The notes: generated by a model not told the origin, from the sequence alone. Positions 1-12,404 are shown, counted from the first letter of the stretch. The stretch is 64,000 nt of DNA from Somniosus microcephalus (GCA_052327205.1 CM126226.1:42346001-42410000); one strand, 5' to 3'. Made by a program: numbers and translations.

Positions 1-1436
1 AGGATCGGGTTCAGCTGTGATGCCTTCGTGATTGAGGAGCCTGCCGACACTCACCATCTAAAGATTAAATCCATGTACCCATTAGTTAATGTGTGTCTTA
101 AATTCCTGAGACTAACAGATCTCGGTGTTCTGAGTTAGGATTTATCCACCAGTGAGGCAACGGAATTGAGATCACAGCCCTTTCCAGGCCCATGAAATTC
201 AAAGAGGTCAAACCAGTGAGAAATATCAGCACCAACAGAAATGAGTGGTCAGTGCTTCGTGGGCTGGATATGGCTGTAGTTTGGACACCCTGGGTCGAGC
301 TTGTCAGCCATACCCTAGCACAGAGTCAACACCTTCAGGAGAGGACGGGAAGAAAAGTAGCAAATAAAAAGGCACTGGCTGATACTGATTTCTTTTTATT
401 AGTAAGAATGTGATGGCTTCATCCGACAGTCCCATTTAAACCTATTCAAGACTATGATTAAATAATACCTGTGAAAGATAATCCCAGAGTACATTGCTTT
501 AATGGGGAGAGTCTTGTTAATTGAGTAGGATTTAGTGTGCATGTCATTCACTGTTTTATGGGGCTTTTTATCTCTATCTTTATATTTCCGCTCAGTTCCT
601 TTAAGGTTTCAATTTAGTTGTTTTCACAGCACAAGAGCTACCCTGGGATATAAATTCGGTGTGACCGTAACTGCAGCAATTAAATTGCTGTTAATAAAAC
701 AGCTTGGACCGTCTCCTCAAGGGTTAAACATGTCACCGACCTTTCGCTTGATGGCTACCTCACAGCGGTGGAATTGCCAATCAGTCCACAGAGAGGCCCC
801 ATCCTGAGGGAGACTTTCCTTTTCACCCAGAGATAACTAATTAAGTCAGCTGCCATCAGGAGCTCAAGAGCTGGAGGTCAAGGGTCAGTCTGGCCAGCCG
901 ACACAAGGAGACAACTCTCCAGTAACCACTCGTCTGAAGAGACCAGTGGGAGAGTAACAGGAAACAAGATAGTCTGTGATATTGTTATATAGTATGACAG
1001 ACCAACGCCTCTTTATTAAGTTAGTGGGGAGGGCAGTAGTGGAGCAAGCTGACGTTATTAATTATTGGGATTTACTCCAGAATGCTCCTGAAAGTCACAT
1101 CACAGGAATTCCGACCCAATGTGGCAGGTTTTAACACTCTGATCTGCCTCATTTTAAAAAAAGATTTTGTTCTATTGTTGCCAAGGGTTCCTGGCTTGCA
1201 AGGCAAAAAAAATGCATGATGTAAACAAGCCTGCCGGATCGGTCAGTATCCAACATGGAGGAGCTCCATGAACCTGTTGTATTCCTGTCAACAACGCTCC
1301 TCAACTTTCATCCTCGTTAATTTTCTCCCCTTTCGCCTCCCCACCCCCCCCCCCCACCACCTTGCTGTGGTTTCATTGCACGGACAGTAATCGCTGCTTA
1401 GACCATAATTAATATATGAATCGAGGCAGTGTACCT

Positions 1437-1697
1437 TGGTACTATTTTGAAAAAGAGCAGGGAAGTTGTCCCCAGTGTCCTAACCAATATTTATCCCTCA
1501 ATCAACATCTAAAGCAGATTATCAGGACATTATCTCATTGCTGTTTGCGGGAGCTTGCTGTGCACAAATTGTCTGCCATGTGTCCTACAATACAACAGTG
1601 ACTACACTTCAAAAAGTACTTCATTGGCTGTAAAGCGCTTTGGGACGTCCCGTGGTCATGAAAGGTGCTATAGAAATGGAAGTCTTTCTTTCTTTCG
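1437..1697 (+). mobile_element. Deu-domain SINE (SacSINE1-like), 3' half
   Basis: Deu core TTGCTGTTTGCGGGAGCTTGCTGTGCACAAATTG...GTGACTACACTTCAAAAAGTACTTCATTGGCTGTAAAGCGCTTTGGGACGTCC and a (TCTT)n tail; matches many other copies in the window. Confidence 0.85.
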
Positions 1698-2659
1698 TTT
1701 AATTGTACCGCCACCCTGACTGAGAGCAGTTAACTCGGCACAGGCCAGCGACTGAACCCAAGGCCTTCCTGGCCTGTTAGTGAGAATTTTTTTACAGATG
1801 CACAGTAATTTAAACAATGCTTCATAGACAATGAAACAAAGCACAGTGCAACATTAAACTGACCTGGATAAAGGACAACAATAAAAATTGGTCAAATGAC
1901 AAGAGATACTTGGGACGTTTTCTTACATTGTCACTGTTGTTTGATAACCCATGAAGTGACCAGAATGGGAAATCCCAATGAATCACAAACAGCCCCAAGA
2001 AGTGGGACTGTTCCATTCCGATGTTAATGGAAGGGGAGCGGCCCCTCCCCAGCGCAGGGGGCAAGGTGGGATGGGCCCCTCATCCTGAAAAAGCCAACCA
2101 GAGATCCGAGACATGATTGATTATTATTGAAAAGAAAAGCGAAAGCAAACATAAGATGCAACGTGACTCAACCGCAAAGTGTTATAGAGGAAATCGAGAG
2201 AAAAAAATAAAGCCGAGGGTATAATTTCCTTCAATCAGTTTGAGCGCACACTGCAATTACAGAAGTCTATACAGAGCTGCTCCCCAACAGTGAGGGGGGA
2301 GGAGGTCCTGTGGTCTTGCTGGGTGGTGAAGTTTGTTCCAGTCTTCAGCTGCTTTGAGTGCAGCTAGCCAAGTCAGCGCGAGCAGGAACTGGCAAATCCG
2401 CTAATTCTGTCTCAAAATCATAAAACAGCAGCAGGAATTTCATTTGTGTTCTGAACTGGTTTCAGTACAAGACCCGCACACCAAAACCCGCTTCTGTTTC
2501 TTAATCTTGAATGGGCTTAAACTGTCCTGTGATTTTCCCCCTCAGGTTCACATGTGCTGAGATATCTCTATGTGTTGGAAGAGCAGTGAAGGAACATATT
2601 GACTTGCTGCTGGTTGTTTTGCAAAGCACTGTGGAAGAACTTGTCGATTTGTAAACCGT

Positions 2660-3005
2660 TTGTCTTCTCTCCAATTCTCTCATCTCCTGGAGGCGCTGAC
2701 TCGTGCTGGGGTCTGATTTAGTGGTGCTGACTGCCCTCTGGAACTTCTTTCAGGTGGCTATCCTTCACATGTGAAACTGGACAATGTCAGTTAGCTATTC
2801 GACTGTGGAGCACATTAGGGCATATGCCAAAGTCCACACTCGCACACTTTCCAGCAGAAATTACTGGTCACCAATCAAGAGTGGGAAACCCTGGCTGATT
2901 GTCCCCCTCCCCTGGGGGTGGGGGGGGGGGAGCATTGAGGGGTTGCTGAGACCAGTCGTAGAGACTAATCATTTATCCTGACTGAGATCAGCTTACTCCA
3001 GATCT
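2660..3005 (-). mobile_element. Second, old SINE-like family (family B), degenerate copy
   Basis: Reverse complement of the motif string GCTGATCTCAG...AATCAGCCAGGGTTCC...CTGCTGGAAAGTG seen at 11195, 16995, 26365 and 47590. Confidence 0.6.
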
Positions 3006-3139
3006 CATTGCTTTACCGCTGAACACTATTAGCTTTTTTATCAGCTGATGACATGAGACAAACAAATCTTCTGGAGTCTGTCACGGGATTAATGGAGAAC
3101 GTTGCAGGATCAGAAACTAATTCCCTCTGTGTATGCCTA

Positions 3140-3610
3140 AGGAGTTTAGAATATGCAGCACAGAAGAGGCCATTCAACCCATCGCACCTGTGCCAACTCT
3201 TCGAAAGAGCTATCCACTTAGCCCCATTCACCTACCCTTTTCCCATACTCGTTAAAATTTTTCTTTTGCACATATTTGCCCTCTTCTCTTTTAAAACTAT
3301 TATGGATTCTGCTTCCACCACTGTTTCTTGTGGGGACATTCCATGTCTTAACAACTCTGTGTAAAAAGATATTCTCCTAACCTCCTCCATCATTCTTTTG
3401 CCAATGATCTTAAATTTATGCTCTTGAGGCACTGAACTGCGGAAATGGTTTTTGCCGATTTACTTTATCATAATTTTGAACAACTCTATCCGATCGCCTC
3501 TTAACCTTCTTTGTTCAAATGAAAAGAGCCCCAGTCTTTCTAGTCTCTCCTCATAACTGAAGCCTCTCATCTTTGGGATCAACTTAATGAACCTGCTCAG
3601 CAACTTTTCT
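3140..3610 (-). mobile_element. Old CR1-type LINE 3' fragment
   Basis: Similar to the reverse complement of the CR1 ORF2 C-terminus/3' UTR at 52700-53240. Confidence 0.65.
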
Positions 3611-4700
3611 GTGGTAATTTCACAGTGATTCCTTAACAAAATGTTTCAAGTCCTTTCCGAAAGACTCAGAAAGATCTGCATTTTGCAGTTGAATGTAGGC
3701 AGTTAATGAAACAACTTCTCATTATTTTTTGCACTGTGCATTGAATCTGGGAAGAAACCTGATCACTCAAAATAGCTGCCATCTTTTCCTGATAGATTAC
3801 ATAAAGATGGAACCACAAAGTATTAAAATAACCTTAAATCTGTGAAAGCCTTTACTGAACTTGCATCCATTTTGTGCGTGTTTCTTTTAGCTGCTATGCA
3901 GATGTGAAGCTGGCATGAAAAAGACAGACCCAAAGGCAGATTTGTACCAGAGACCAACGCCTATCGAGGCCCCAAAAGCAGCTGGTTCGAGCATCAGTAC
4001 TTGGAGAAAATGGAGCCAATAATTGGGGTTTGCATAAGCTATGGTTTATTGTTTCTTTCTTCTTGTGGTGAAATGGAAATTTGGATCAGGGACAGATTTT
4101 CACTTTCTCCTGAACTGGAGCTGGAACGAGGGAAGGGCTTGGATTTGATGGGTGACTGTGTGCGGATTTACTTCCTTGTCCCGGAAGCTGCTGTCAATTT
4201 GCGCACATCTCTCCTTAGATTTATGTTGGTGGAGAGATTAACTGGGGAGTTCTAGCTGGACAACAGTTAAGAGTTTAAGAAAATGTTGGGAATCTTTTTG
4301 GAGACGGAGAGACATCTTTGGGTGCAGGGGGAGACGGGAAAAGGGAATCGAGCCTCGAGGCAATTTGAGTTGCTGTTCAGTTGCATTTTCCCAGCATTGT
4401 TGCTATGGTTTAGGCAACATTTTCACGTGTTGCAAATTTGCAGCAATCCACCTGTAATAGAGATTTTGCTGCAAGACCAAGTCTGCACAGGCAGGATTGT
4501 ACCACAGCTAACCTCAACCTGAAACAACCACAAACTCTTTAACCAGGGGCCACACATTCAAGATCAGATGATCATGCTGAGAGAGACTTTGAGAATAGTG
4601 TTTGTGTCTGATTGATGGGATAGGACAGGAGGGAGGATGGAATTGCACCACAAGCTAGGTTTGTTGTTAAAATATGTATATAATTTGTGTAAAACACTTG

Positions 4701-5400
4701 GGCCTAGAAATTCACTTGGGCGCGGGCAGCTCGCTCGCGCCCAAAAGTTAGCGCTGGGCGGGGAGGCATTAGCGCACGCTGTATATTCGTCTTCTGCGCC
4801 CCAATTCGGAAGCGGGCGCTATACCAGGGTGTGCCCGCCTCCGTTTGGGGCGCTGCAACTGAATATCGGCGCGCTAGTTGCCGCAGCGCCACCCGATGCG
4901 GTGCAGCAGGCTGCGGTACTGCAGGCCTCCCCCTTCTCTTAAGGGGGAGGTGCCTGCAACGGCCGGAGCCCCGATCGCGAGTGCCGGCAAAAGAGCCTGG
5001 CACAACGGAGAAGTGCCGGGCTCCACGGAAACCAGCCGGCAATGCCGCGGGGGGGCGGTGGAGGAGGCCGGGGAAGGAGGTGCGGGCAGGCGGCCGCCGA
5101 AAAAGCAGCCAGCCGCACCTTCAGCTTTAAAGCGCCCCACTATGGCAGCAGGACGGCCCCGTTTTCTGTTCGCTGTTTGCGCCCGCTTCGGAGGAGGTGG
5201 GCACAAATAAATATGGGGTTCGGCGCGGTTTCGGGGCGTTACGGGCCACCGCGCACACCGATGACGTCATCGGTCCCGGCGCAGCGCTAACGGCTACCGC
5301 CGCCAATACCGCTGCACTCAATTTCAACGCTACCACCCCGCCGGCGCAAAAGACCTCTTTAGGCGCTAAGTGGGCGCAAGGCCCACTGAATTTCTAGGCC
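4701..5400. mobile_element. Harbinger/PIF-type MITE, 700 bp, GC/CpG-rich
   Basis: TIRs GGCCTAGAAATTCACTTGGGC / GCCCACTGAATTTCTAGGCC; 3-bp TSD TTG (4698-4700, 5401-5403); no credible coding capacity. Confidence 0.9.
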
Positions 5401-5409
5401 TTGTTGTCT

Positions 5410-5772
5410 TTAAATGCCTCCATAGCTTTTCCTTTCCCTACTTCCGAACATCCTCTAGCCTCACAAACTCTCCGTTCCTCTGACTCCTGCCTCTTGTGCA
5501 TTTCCTCCTCCCTTCATCCTGCCATTGGTGGACACGTTTAGAGTGGCGTAGATCCCTCTCTCCGGAACTCGCTCCCTAGAGCCTCCTGGCCTCTCCCCCT
5601 CCCTCTCCCCCTTGAAGAGCCTTCTTAAAACTCACCTCTCTGACCAAGCACTTGGCCACCCTTCCAGACCGTTTTTTGGGCTTGCTGTTCGTTTTCACCC
5701 ATGCTTCTCTGCCGTGGGACGTTTTCCTACCTTAAAAGCACTATATAAATGCAGGGTGAAATGCTGTGTTTG
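5410..5772 (+). mobile_element. L2-type LINE 3' end, degenerate
   Basis: Similar to 10408-10903; ends in AAAGCACTATATAAATGCAGG. Confidence 0.65.
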
Positions 5773-5881
5773 TGAAGTAAGTAAAACTGTATCAGAGATA
5801 AATAAAAAGTGGAAATCTGGAACACAGGCCTGCAGAGAATGTTTAGCCTTTTCCAATTTCACTTCAGTGTCTCCACACATT

Positions 5882-6625
5882 GGCCTGGATTTTACGGTGG
5901 GTAATGATGGCGGACGGTCAATGTTGGCCGTCATTACCCCTCTGAAACTGACCGTAACTTCAGGATTTAGCGCATGCGCAGATAAACATAGAAATCCTGA
6001 AGTTGCGGTCAGTCAATCACTGCTCCAACACAGGCTGCGTTGTGGAACTCCCTATAGCGGGCAATCAGTGAAATCAGCTGAATTGACGAAAACGTAAGCT
6101 TTTTTGATCTAATTACACTGTTAAACACCCCATTAAAAGTTAAGCCTTGTTGGAATAGGTGTAACTGGGGTTTTAACGGCGTATTGACTGCTGATCAACC
6201 ATTCTGGCCCTGACAAACACATTTTATATTTATGGAATGTCGAATTTCTCCTTATGATAGAAAATTAACAGATTTTTAAAATAATCAAATAATTTTTTTT
6301 AAAGTTTGTTTATAATATTTCAGCTTCCACCTTAACCCCATGTGTATGTCCCGATCTTTATTTCGCTCTCTGTAAAATTGAATCAGTGCTTTTTATTTCC
6401 CGGTTTGCTGTCTGTGAGAATTCTATGATGTGATTGGCTGCTTAGGCAACTTGATGACATCCCTGCTGCTCTACGCTAGGAATCCTCTTTTGACAGCGTT
6501 ACAATTAATTTAACATCGAGAAACCTAACGTTTTTGCCACAGAGATCACAAGTTCTCTGTGGGCAGCTTTCTTCGAGGTGAGCGGTGAGCGTCGTTGCTT
6601 CACCGCTGACTGCAAAATCCGAGCC
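5882..6625. mobile_element. Harbinger/PIF-type MITE, 744 bp
   Basis: Imperfect TIRs GGCCTGGATTTTAC / GCAAAATCCGAGCC; TSD ATT/ACT; flanks CCACAC and GTTTCA; subterminal hairpin GGGTAATGATGGC...GCCGTCATTACCC. Confidence 0.75.
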
Positions 6626-7084
6626 ACTGTTTCAATTGTTTGGTTGTGCAAATGCTCCCTTGATACAAATCCACTCTCACTAGGTTACTTATTGCCTCAT
6701 CTCCTTCTCAAGCTCATTCTTTTCCAAGATTTCAAACTTGTGGAATTCCTTACCTCCCTCAGCTTTTCCTTCATCCTGCACTAACCCAGGAACGTTCTAC
6801 AAAAAACCTAAATCTTGCATCATCCCGGCCTGCACAAAGGCTACTGGATCCCTCACAGCGCCAAAGGAAGAAAAGTTTATTTTTGGACTTAGCTTATCAA
6901 GCAGCGGCCCTGTTGGATGGTTTGGTGAGCAAATGATGTGTCTGGATACACCAGGAAAGTTTCCAATGCAATTTATCATTTTTATAAAATTCATACTTTT
7001 TTTAAAAATTGAATGTCTCAGGTGTTAGTTCCATTGCCTGAGAACTCGATTATTGGTAACATCAATTGAATGAATAATTGTTTC

Positions 7085-7296
7085 AAGAATCATTGAATCT
7101 TACAGCACAGAATGGGGTCATTCGGCCTGACATGCCTGTGCCGGCTCTTTGAAAGAGCTCTCCAATTTAGTCCCACACCCAGCTTTTTCCCCATAACCCT
7201 GCAAATGAGTCCTCTTCAAATACATGTCCAATTGCCTTTTGAAAGTTCCTATGGAATCTGATGCCATCACCCTTTCAGGCAGTGCATTCCATTTCC
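7085..7296 (-). mobile_element. CR1-type LINE 3' end
   Basis: Minus frame reads WNALPERVMASDSIGTFKRQLDMYLKRTHLQGYGEKAG, the CR1 ORF2 C-terminus, followed by the 3' UTR. Confidence 0.85.
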
Positions 7297-7934
7297 AGAA
7301 GTAAATGAAATTTTTAAAGAGAAGAAACGGCGAACATTTGTGGCACCAGAGCAAGTCCTAATGTGCCGCAAGGAAGCAGTTTATTCAGTTTTGGCTCAGT
7401 TTTAAATCAATTGAGTTCACTATTTATTTATATACATCTCAAACAATCTAAGACTGTTAGTCCTGAAGCAAAACACACAAAATGGTTTTATTTTGAACCT
7501 ATCTCAATTTCTGCCATTTGCCCATTCAGTGTAAGCTGCAAATCCCCCATCCTGCACAGTCTTCCTCCTCCCTTAGTTAAAACCGGACCCATCCCACCAT
7601 CTCCTACACTAACTTATTCTTTTTCACAGTCTGGAGCTGCTAACCCACCCCCAGTCTTCCCTTTATACTACACCCAACAGACTTTTAAAATCCAAACTTT
7701 GTGTCCCCCAACCACTCTGTGATCTATCTTGTCTTCTCTCTTACTTTTCCCAACCTTGGTGGTATCCTGTAATATGGGCCTCGGCCCTATCACCTCAATA
7801 AAAGGGTGTCCTTGTTTGTGCCTCATGAATAGTCCAAAGGGGTCATTTTAGCCTAACCCGACCGCAGGAAACTGGTGGGAACGGGTCAAATGCTGGTTTT
7901 ACACCCCATCCGATTTTACTCTCCATTGAAGCCA

Positions 7935-8080
7935 AAGATGGCACCTCTGACAGTGCAGCACTCCTTCAGTACTGCATTGTGTCAGTCTAGATAATGGGCT
8001 CAAGAATCTGGAGTGGGACTTGAACCCACAATCTTCAGACTCAGAGTAAGAGTGCTACCCATTGAGCCAAGGCTGGCACT
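7935..8080 (-). mobile_element. Deu-domain SINE, tRNA-derived head fragment
   Basis: Reverse complement contains A box TGGCTCAATGG and B box GGTTCAAGTCC. Confidence 0.75.
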
Positions 8081-8152
8081 TTAAGAAGGAAGGTGGCAAT
8101 CAAAATTTCAGTGTGAAGTTCACTCCAGCCCGCCCCACCTCCCCCCACTCCC

Positions 8153-8248
8153 CTCTTTCAAAGAGCCGGCACAGGCACGTCAGGCCGAATGGCCCCATTC
8201 TGTGCTGTAAGATTCAATGATTCTTGAAACTATTATTCATTCAATTGA
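8153..8248. repeat. 96-bp inverted copy of 7062-7157
   Basis: Reverse complement matches 7062-7157 at 93/96 positions, including flank beyond the LINE tail. Confidence 0.9.
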
Positions 8249-9708
8249 AGGGGTAGGTTAGGGTTACATAGGATATACGGCACAGAAACAGGCCATTTGG
8301 CTCAACCAATCCATGAGGCAGGCCCTTTAGCCCAGTTGATCCTCAATTTTCTAGAATAACCCCCCTCCCATCATCCCATTACAACATAGAGCTGTTTCCC
8401 AAACGGCGAGCCATTCCAGCTTTTGGTTACCCTATACATAAAGAAAATCTTACTGTATCTCTCCTAAACTTCACAACCCAGATCCTGTGCCCTTGTCGTG
8501 CTCCTGGAAATATTGTTCTGCCATTACTTTCTCTATCCCATTAGAATATTACGCCTCTATAAAGCCCCTCTACAAGCTGAGCCATATTCTCTCCCACTCC
8601 ACATTGATCTGTTTAATTCGTCACATTAAGGAGCAATTTGTTACCTGGTGTCATAGAATATAAATGCATTTGGGCGACAATACAATTATTAAACTTTGTC
8701 ATATATTTGCCACCCTCTTCGCCACGGATAGGTGTTGGGATGTCAGCATCTCTGCTGAACAGAGAGGGTGACCAGGTCCCTGCTGGGATGTTTGTGATCT
8801 GTCTCTGCAATTCTCCTCTATCACTGAGCTTCAGATTAAATGCCACGTTGCGTGGCATTGCCAACTTGGTATAGCTGATGTGGTGAAATGCCAGTGATTT
8901 CAAACACACCAGGTTGAAGTTGAAATCTGTATGAATCTTTTTTTAAAACTGTGTTTGGAAGCAGCGAGGCTGAACCAGGAATGGGAGTGCCCTGGGCTCT
9001 TTCTGCACATACATTTTTGGCCTCTGCTTACAATTCCAACCTGGAGAAGAAACGCAAGCAGACTTTCCCTGTGTGGTCTAAACTCATTTAGCGGGGGCCA
9101 GAATTCCAGTTCTGGTTGAAGTAAAAGCCAGGTTTTGTTCTCCATTTGGTCGTGTTAAAGGAATGTAGAATTCTGACTCTGTCCCTTGAGATATCATTTA
9201 GCAGAGCTCGTCCTCCAGAGGAGAACCATTTTGCTTTATTATCTCTGTATTATCCCCCTCTGCCCCCAACGCACCCCCCACCCCCCGCAGTTTGTTCTCA
9301 TTTTCTCTCTCTCTCTCTTATGCTTTAGTCAGTCCTGTGCTATTACAAGGGGAAATAAGGTGGGAAAAGGTTTGCTTGGTGGGGTGGGGGGAGGTGGGGC
9401 GGGCTGGAGTGAATTAGGTCGGCTACTGTTTTACTCCAGTCTGTGATTGATAGGGGGCCTGTCCCTTGGGTTGAAATAAAACTCTGTACTTCCTCTGCCA
9501 TTTATCAGCCTGACGGAGCCATCCTCAGTTTAAAGGCAAGTTGCCTGGATGGGCAGAGCCCTTGCCGGCTGAATCTCTTCATCTCTCCTTCCATTCCGTG
9601 TATGCCAGGAGGAGAGCTCCACAGACCAGCACTAAGCAGAGATATTCTACAGGAGAGGGTTTGATTTTGGAGTCTGGTGCGGTCCTTAACGCGCAGGGGT
9701 TGGGGGAG

Positions 9709-9892
9709 GGGTGTCATTTACAACTTTGCCCCCTAGGCAATAAGCTGGCAGAAGAACTGCCGCCCACTGTAGAACCTGCTCGATGTTTATTCCATTGATT
9801 TCGATGTGACGGATATCAGGCGGGTATCTAGAACGGGTGGCGATGAGCCCTGCCAGGTTACTGCCCAGGGGGCGAAGGTGAAAATTACACGC
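9709..9892. mobile_element. Palindromic short MITE (probably Harbinger-type)
   Basis: Arms GGGTGTCATTTACAACTTTGCCCC-TAGGCAATAAGCTGGCAG and CTGCCAGGTTACTGCCCAGGGGG-CGAAGGTGAAAATTACACGC are imperfect inverted repeats; centre TTCCATTGATTTCGATG. Confidence 0.65.
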
Positions 9893-9899
9893 ACATTCT

Positions 9900-10066
9900 C
9901 TGAAACATATTTATTCAGATTTTATGGATGAATACTGTAAGCGAAAAATATAAAGGGCTAATGGGGAGCGAGCGGGGCAGTGGGTTTAGTTTTGGATTGT
10001 TCTAGCAAAGAGCCGACACAGACACAATGGGCTGATTGGCCTCCTTCTGTGCTGTAAAATTCTACA
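9900..10066 (+). mobile_element. CR1-type LINE 3' end, old
   Basis: AAAGAGCCGACACAGACACAATGGGCTGATTGGCCTCCTTCTGTGCTGTAA, the conserved CR1 3' UTR. Confidence 0.65.
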
Positions 10067-10069
10067 TGG

Positions 10070-10372
10070 AAGTACTTTCATTTATATAGTGCCCTATCCG
10101 TCATTGGATCATCTGACTGTTTCACACAATTAATTATTATGGTGTACAGTCACTGTTGTTATGGAGACGAGTGCACCAGACATTCTCCACCAGCATCATC
10201 CCACATACAGCAATGAGATGGACGACCAGTTAATCTGCTTTTTGGTTGAGGGAGGAATGGACACTGGGAGAACTCCCTGCTCTAATCTTTGAATAATGCC
10301 ACGTGATCTTTAGTGTCCACTTGAACTGTTAGATTCAGCCTCAGTTTAACGTATTATGTGAAGGACGACACC
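10070..10372 (-). mobile_element. Deu-domain SINE, degenerate
   Basis: Collinear with the full copy at 23850-24308. Confidence 0.6.
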
Positions 10373-10407
10373 TCGTAGTTTCTCCAGGAGTTGTGGGATT
10401 TGGTGAA

Positions 10408-10903
10408 GATCTCCAAAACTCTGCTGCCCATATCCTAACTCGCACCAAGTCCCGTTCACCCAATACCCCTGTGCTTGTTGACCTACATTGGCTCCCGGTC
10501 CCCGAATGCTGCGATTTAAAAAATCTCATCCTTATGTCCAAATTGTTCCATGGCCTCACCCCTCCCTTTCTCTGTAACCTCCTCCAGCCCCACAACCCTT
10601 CGAGATCTCTGCATTCCTCCAATTCTGGCCTCTTGTGCATCCCTGATTTTCTTCACCCCATCATTGCTGGCCTTTAGTTGTCTAGGCTCTAAGTTCTGGA
10701 ATTCCCTCCCTCAATCTCTCCACCTCTCTACCTCTCTCTCCTCCTTTATGACAATCCTCTTTGACCAAGCTTTTGGCCACCTATCCTAATATTTCCTTCT
10801 TTGGCTCGGTGTCAATGTTTTTGTCTGATAACGCTCCTATGAAGCGCCTTGAGACGTTTTACTACATTAAAAGCGCTAGATAAATGCAAGTTGTTATTGT
10901 TGA
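10408..10903 (+). mobile_element. L2-type LINE 3' end (ORF2 C-terminus and tail)
   Basis: LQNSAAHILTRTKSRSPNTPVLVDLHWLPV is typical of the L2 ORF2 C-terminus; tail AAGCGCCTTGAGACGTTTTACTACATTAAAAGCGCTAGATAAATGCAAG(TTG)n. Confidence 0.85.
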
Positions 10904-11194
10904 TAACACTGACCTAAACCCTGCAAAGTGTGCGAGGGAATGCAAAGGGCCATCCAAGGTTTGAAATTTACTGAAAAGCTACCTGATAGATGCAGTAACC
11001 TCGACATCAAAGCAACAAGGCTTTGAGGTCAAACCTAACTTGAATCCCAGGACCTGCAGCAAAGCAGTTCAAAAATCTCAACATGAATCTTACTGCGGAA
11101 ATCCATAAAAAGTCTGTAAATTTTACCTGAGAAACTCAGTAAATCATTAACCTAATAAAATAATGTGTGTGTTGTTTGTGTTCTGAGATTCAGT

Positions 11195-11480
11195 GGGGGA
11201 ATGCTCTGCTTAGTCGCACAGAAGGTCATCAGGTTCAAACCCCCGCCTGTCTTTGCTGATTGCAGCCCTGGCAGCAGTCAAGTCGCTGCAGTTAGCTGCA
11301 GTGCCCCTGCGTTAGGAAGGAGAAAGATCAGACATGATTCTTGCTACTGATCTCTGTGCAGTTACTCCTGCTGGAGCACGTGTACACGTCAGTCAGTCAG
11401 GTAAGAAAAGGATCAGGCTCTGCTGTGATGCTTCCACAGTCAAATAGCCTGTTGTGGCTTACTGGGGAGGCCCACACAGT
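11195..11480 (+). mobile_element. SINE-like family B
   Basis: B-box-like AGGTTCAAACCCC followed by the family B body. Confidence 0.55.
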
Positions 11481-11587
11481 AGTCACAGGTCAAATGCATA
11501 AATAATTCCGTGCGTATGTGTGCCTGGGTGTTTAGAATCTGCCTGCTGTATAAACGTGCTTCTAAACAGCAGCCATGTTCTACCAGA

Positions 11588-11785
11588 CAGCTTTGCAACT
11601 GTTAGCAACATAGAATCATAGAATTGTACAGCACAGAAAGAGGCCATTTGGCCCATCATGCCTGTGCCAGCTCTGAAAGAGCTATCCAATTTGTCCCACT
11701 CCCCTGCTCTTTCCCCACAGCTCTGCAAATGTTTCCTTTTCAAGTATATATTCAATTCTCTTTTGAAAGTTACTATTGAATCTAA
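11588..11785 (-). mobile_element. CR1-type LINE 3' end
   Basis: (CATAGAAT)n tail and YLKRKHLQSCGERAGEWD on the minus strand. Confidence 0.85.
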
Positions 11786-12024
11786 CAGATCTGTATCTCA
11801 CCCTTGGGGTAGTCAGCCTCACTTGTAGGAGCAGCAAAATCCATTCTTACAATTGAAAGGCGAATTATTTCCCCCCCCCCCCATTTTCTGCCCTTCCCTC
11901 TTAAAGGTGCTCAGTCTTTACTGAGATACAGTTTCCCCAACAGGTACGAGCAGCCCTCTAGTACTTTGCCCAAGTGACCATTTGTCATGATTGAGCCTAA
12001 GTAATGAGTTTTCGCAGTTGCTCT

Positions 12025-12285
12025 GTAGGCAAACATCGCAGCTAATTTGTACACAGGTAGATCTCTCTCACAGCAATTAGATGAACGATCAATTAATCTG
12101 TATTGGTGGTACCGGTTGAGGGGTGAAAGTTGGTTAGAAGATTGAGAGAACTCCCCTGTTCTTCAAAAGAAGTGTTGTGGCATCTTTTACGTCCACCTGA
12201 GCAGGCAGCTGGGGCCTCAGTTTGTTGTGGCTTGAACCCACAACCTTCTGACTCAAGAGGTGAGCGAGCTACCAGCGGGCCAAGT
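12025..12285 (-). mobile_element. Deu-domain SINE, internally deleted
   Basis: Deu core plus head (GGTTCAAGCC B box on minus). Confidence 0.6.
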
Positions 12286-12314
12286 CGACACTCACATATG
12301 TCCACAAACACAAA

Positions 12315-12404
12315 GGGGGGGAGGTGAATTTCTGCAGGGGTTCTCCTGCTAGTCGGGGGTCATGCGGGGTACGAGCGGGAAAACTCCTGTGGAAATTCAA
12401 CCCC
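12315..12404. mobile_element. 90-bp mini-MITE (Harbinger-type)
   Basis: Inverted arms GGTGAATTTCTGCAGGGGTTCTCC / GGAAAACTCCTGTGGAAATTCAACCCC; TSD AAA/AAA; flanks AAACAC and GATTTT; interrupts a family B SINE. Confidence 0.75.

Noticed and set aside
3891-4022. Possible host exon after a good acceptor (TTTCTTTTAG)
   Set aside because: No convincing donor or recognisable protein similarity; a non-coding exon cannot be excluded
4637-5397. Cluster of overlapping ORFs suggesting a GC-rich gene or promoter exon
   Set aside because: All lie within or overlap a TIR/TSD-bounded MITE; stop-poor GC-rich DNA, no recognisable domain
7062-8248. DNA transposon with 96-bp TIRs
   Set aside because: No TSD; the arms are mostly CR1 tail and the left arm continues as CR1 sequence
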